A DNA stretch of 64,000 nucleotides from Methylotenera sp. (GTDB taxonomy: Bacteria; Pseudomonadota; Gammaproteobacteria; Burkholderiales; Methylophilaceae), in assembly GCA_044228245.1 (NCBI GenBank), contig JBGAVG010000005.1, positions 5,557 to 69,556 on the forward strand, in the 5' to 3' direction. The notes under the pieces are model-generated. The model ran no database searches and was not told the DNA's origin. It saw only the letters and a list, made by a program, of their open reading frames with translations. The position numbers and the translations under genes are program-made. The first letter of the stretch is position 1. The number at the start of each line of letters is the position of its first letter. This document shows positions 61,497 to 64,000 of the stretch, piece by piece.

Positions 61497-62393
61497 ATGC
61501 CCTATGTCGGAAGATTCGCACCCTCGCCCACCGGTCCACTGCATTTTGGTTCACTGGTAGCAGCAGTCGCAAGTTATTGCGATGCAAAAGCCAAAGATGG
61601 GAAATGGCTGCTGCGCATGGAAGACCTGGACAAACCACGCGAAGTGCAAGGCGCTGCCGACGGCATATTGCGCACTTTGGAGGCATTTGGCTTTGAATGG
61701 GATAGAGAGGCTTGGTATCAAAGCCAGCGCACAGAGTTTTACGAAAGTGCGCTGCAAATACTAAAAAACAAGGGACTGGCTTACCCATGCACCTGCAGCC
61801 GTAAAGAGATTGCAGATTCAGCCATCGCAAGCGGCATTGAAGGCGCGATATACCCGAAAACATGCTTGAACCATGCCCTGAAGACCAATATCCATGAGGC
61901 CTACAGAGCACTCACTTTAGATGAAAATATCGTCTTTCTGGATGAAATTCAAGGCGAAATCATACAAAATCTGGCGCGCGATGTCGGCGATTTTATTTTG
62001 AAACGGGCCGATGGTTTATTCGCCTACCAGCTTGCTGTGGTGGTGGATGATGCCGCACAAGGCGTTACCCACGTTGTGCGCGGCGCCGATTTACTTGATT
62101 CCACGCCACGCCAGATTTATTTGCAGCGGCTTTTGGGATACGCCACGCCGCACTACGCGCATGTACCGGTTGTCAGTAATGCAGCAGGCGAAAAACTCAG
62201 CAAACAGACCCTTGCCAAGCCAATATATATGCGCCCTCCAGGGCATGCATTATTTGATGCTTTAAGCTTTTTAGGCCAGCAGCCGCCAGCAGAAATAAAA
62301 AACGCCACACTGAATGAGGTATGGCAGTGGGCAATGACCAATTGGAGCATTTCCAATATTCCCAAACAGCGCGCAATCGTTTTTCACGATTAG
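61497..62393 (+). CDS. gluQ: tRNA glutamyl-Q(34) synthetase
   Basis: Start at MPYVGRFAPSPTGPLHFGSL, 2 nt after the upstream stop. KLSKQ motif. Truncated GluRS-like length (298 aa). Confidence 0.85.
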   Translation: MPYVGRFAPSPTGPLHFGSLVAAVASYCDAKAKDGKWLLRMEDLDKPREVQGAADGILRTLEAFGFEWDREAWYQSQRTEFYESALQILKNKGLAYPCTCSRKEIADSAIASGIEGAIYPKTCLNHALKTNIHEAYRALTLDENIVFLDEIQGEIIQNLARDVGDFILKRADGLFAYQLAVVVDDAAQGVTHVVRGADLLDSTPRQIYLQRLLGYATPHYAHVPVVSNAAGEKLSKQTLAKPIYMRPPGHALFDALSFLGQQPPAEIKNATLNEVWQWAMTNWSISNIPKQRAIVFHD

Positions 62394-62395
62394 CG

Positions 62396-62533
62396 GCCTT
62401 TCGCAAAAATGCTTATTGTGGATGAAGTACAAGGCGCACGGAACACAGAAACCGAGATAGTATGCGGTATACAGCGAGGTTGCGAGTACCGCGCAACGCA
62501 GTAATTCACCGCAAAAGTGCTTTTGCAAAGGTC
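62396..62533. repeat. Second, shorter member (138 bp, inverted) of the 7420-7636 repeat family
   Basis: The reverse complement of 62420-62490 matches 7541-7606, apart from a handful of substitutions that I did not count exactly. Own imperfect termini CCTTTCGCAAAAATGCTT / AAGTGCTTTTGCAAAGG. It fills the gap between the convergent genes. Confidence 0.65.
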
Positions 62534-62537
62534 TCAA

Positions 62538-63287
62538 TTAATGTTGCGGTTTTTTTCGCACAGTCCGCAGATAAATCCAGACGCCGGATAAGGAAAGCAC
62601 GACCAGCACGATAGCTGCCAGATCCATCAGCAGCGGGCCATAGCGGCCGAAGATGCGGCCACTGTGTAAATCCAGAATAATGCGCTCTAACGGGAGCGAT
62701 GGCGCGAATGCTTGCTTTACTTCCTTTAACTCAGCATTCGGCAAGGCTTGTAAGCTGGCCCAGGTTAGCTGTTCGCCATCATATGGCTGCCAAGTCAAAG
62801 CATCGGTCGAGGCAAAGCTGCCGTGCGCGGTTGCAAGCACTAGCTTGTCACCCGCCAGCCCTAGCTGCTTTAGGGACTTGCCCGGCAGGTCTGCATCAGA
62901 CAGCTTATCTATCAGTTGTCCTTCCGCCGTGTACAAATATAGCGCTTCTGGACCGGCAATGACACGCGCCTGATTCCATGTCATTGCGCCTAGCGGTGGC
63001 TGCTCAACGCCTTCACGCAGGATATGCCCATCCATCACCCAACGCCCATCAGCCGCTGCCAAATACCCATCTTTAAATAAATAGCCTTGCTTCGGCACTG
63101 TTGACTTGAGCCCGTACCAATGCATCAGCCATGATGCCTTGACTTCGCGCTTTGCTAGCGACAGCGCATCCGTATGATTTAAAGCCAGCCCGCTGATAGC
63201 AAGAAACAATAGAAACAATGCCGCAATCACGCCCGCGCGGGCATGCCAATGGCGGACAAACCGGATCATTCTGGTTCTAAGACTCAT
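62538..63287 (-). CDS. PepSY-associated TM protein
   Basis: 249 aa with N- and C-terminal TM helices flanking a periplasmic part. RFVRHWHARAGV is typical of the PepSY_TM family. Confidence 0.6.
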   Translation of the reverse strand: MSLRTRMIRFVRHWHARAGVIAALFLLFLAISGLALNHTDALSLAKREVKASWLMHWYGLKSTVPKQGYLFKDGYLAAADGRWVMDGHILREGVEQPPLGAMTWNQARVIAGPEALYLYTAEGQLIDKLSDADLPGKSLKQLGLAGDKLVLATAHGSFASTDALTWQPYDGEQLTWASLQALPNAELKEVKQAFAPSLPLERIILDLHSGRIFGRYGPLLMDLAAIVLVVLSLSGVWIYLRTVRKKPQH

Positions 63288-63826
63288 TCTGCCCGGCTCA
63301 ATCTGTCAAAATACAGGGCTAACCGCGCCATGCGCACCATCGCATTGACCGAAAGTGTCGCGCCTGAAATGCCGTCAACAGGCTGATTCAGGTGATCATC
63401 CGCCTGCAGCTGCGCCCCTTGAAACTGCTTAAGGAATGCCGGATAGCGCACTTCCCAGCCCCGGCTTTCCCGGTAGGTGAGGATGCGCGCCTGGGCAATC
63501 TTGCCGTCAGTCACGACAAACCCTGCAGTTATCGGCTCTTCCTTGCCAATCTCTTCTAGAATCCAGGCACTCGAATTGCCGGTTCTCCAGTAGCGCTGCC
63601 GCGTTTGGTGAGGCGCATGTCCCAGTATTTTCTCTACCTGTTTCGCGGTTTCTTTATTCAGCCACAATGCCTGAGGCTTGGATACCTCGTTACCAAACGC
63701 TTCGGCCAGAAACTGCTCTGAAGTCAGATATTGCTGAATGGCTTGTGCACTGCCGGCCATCACCAGCAATAACAGCGCACAAGCTGCTACTATCATGTTT
63801 TTATTCATAACGAGATTATGAATCAA
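63284..63826 (-). CDS. FMN-binding domain protein
   Basis: 180 aa with a signal peptide and VDGISGATLS (FMN_bind motif). 4-nt overlap with the downstream gene. Confidence 0.65.
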   Translation of the reverse strand: MIHNLVMNKNMIVAACALLLLVMAGSAQAIQQYLTSEQFLAEAFGNEVSKPQALWLNKETAKQVEKILGHAPHQTRQRYWRTGNSSAWILEEIGKEEPITAGFVVTDGKIAQARILTYRESRGWEVRYPAFLKQFQGAQLQADDHLNQPVDGISGATLSVNAMVRMARLALYFDRLSRAE

Positions 63827-63831
63827 TCCCT

Positions 63832-64000
63832 CTAAAACATATAGCCCAAACCAAGATTGAAGCGCTTGTCACCTTTGTCACCATCCGGCTTGTCAAACTT
63901 CTGATAATCGGTTTTCAGTACGACTTGTGGGTGCGGCCAGTAATTGGCGCCAATCGTCCATACATCGTTCTTGTTAGCGCTGATTCGCGTCACGTTAGAC
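63832..64000 (-). CDS. Outer-membrane beta-barrel protein, C-terminal fragment (5' end outside the window)
   Basis: Own translation ends ...DKGDKRFNLGLGYMF*, the aromatic C-terminal residue typical of OMP barrels. Confidence 0.5.
   Translation of the reverse strand, partial: SNVTRISANKNDVWTIGANYWPHPQVVLKTDYQKFDKPDGDKGDKRFNLGLGYMF

Overview
This window looks like a betaproteobacterial chromosome; the Nitrosomonadales/Methylophilaceae-like assignment is inferred only from protein look-alikes. Most of it is housekeeping: glnE, acs, prfC, yheS, yhdP, tldD, efp/earP, cusCBA, greB, an addAB-like pair, mfd, rpiA, mltF, serS, rarA, lolA, ftsK, trxB, ispDF, amt and gluQ.

The clear accessory region is the left edge (1-4660). 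It holds a chromosomal integron: a divergent intI, an attI core GTTGGGC, and six cassettes. Their boundaries check out, because each cassette's first six bases are the reverse complement of its own attC R'' box. Cassette cargo:
- a Tat-signal class A beta-lactamase
- an orphan ORF
- an HNH nuclease
- a coiled-coil/zinc-ribbon protein
- a DUF1761 membrane protein
- a brnTA toxin-antitoxin pair

The signal I consider most unusual is not a gene. The 12-mer CCAATATCCATG occurs exactly 5 times in 64 kb, against a naive expectation of about 0.008. It sits inside a roughly 35-nt family with CTGCAGG-type arms. That family appears as terminator-like hairpins (4675-4720 and 53821-53866) and also inside unrelated coding sequences. 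All three exact coding copies are on the sense strand in the same frame (Asn-Ile-His).

Other accessory-type observations:
- A MITE-like element (7420-7636) with perfect 20-bp terminal inverted repeats supplies the stop codons of both dhaK and glnE. A shorter relative lies at 62396-62533.
- An orphan attC-like site sits on the prfC stop codon, followed by an AT-rich membrane ORF and a hairpin-dense 340-bp element.
- The smr 3' end is duplicated (87% identical over 75 bp) on either side of a bfd-like gene, next to an AT-rich orphan membrane ORF.

I saw no rRNA, tRNA or CRISPR array. All family assignments come from reading motifs by eye and from memory of those families; nothing was searched.
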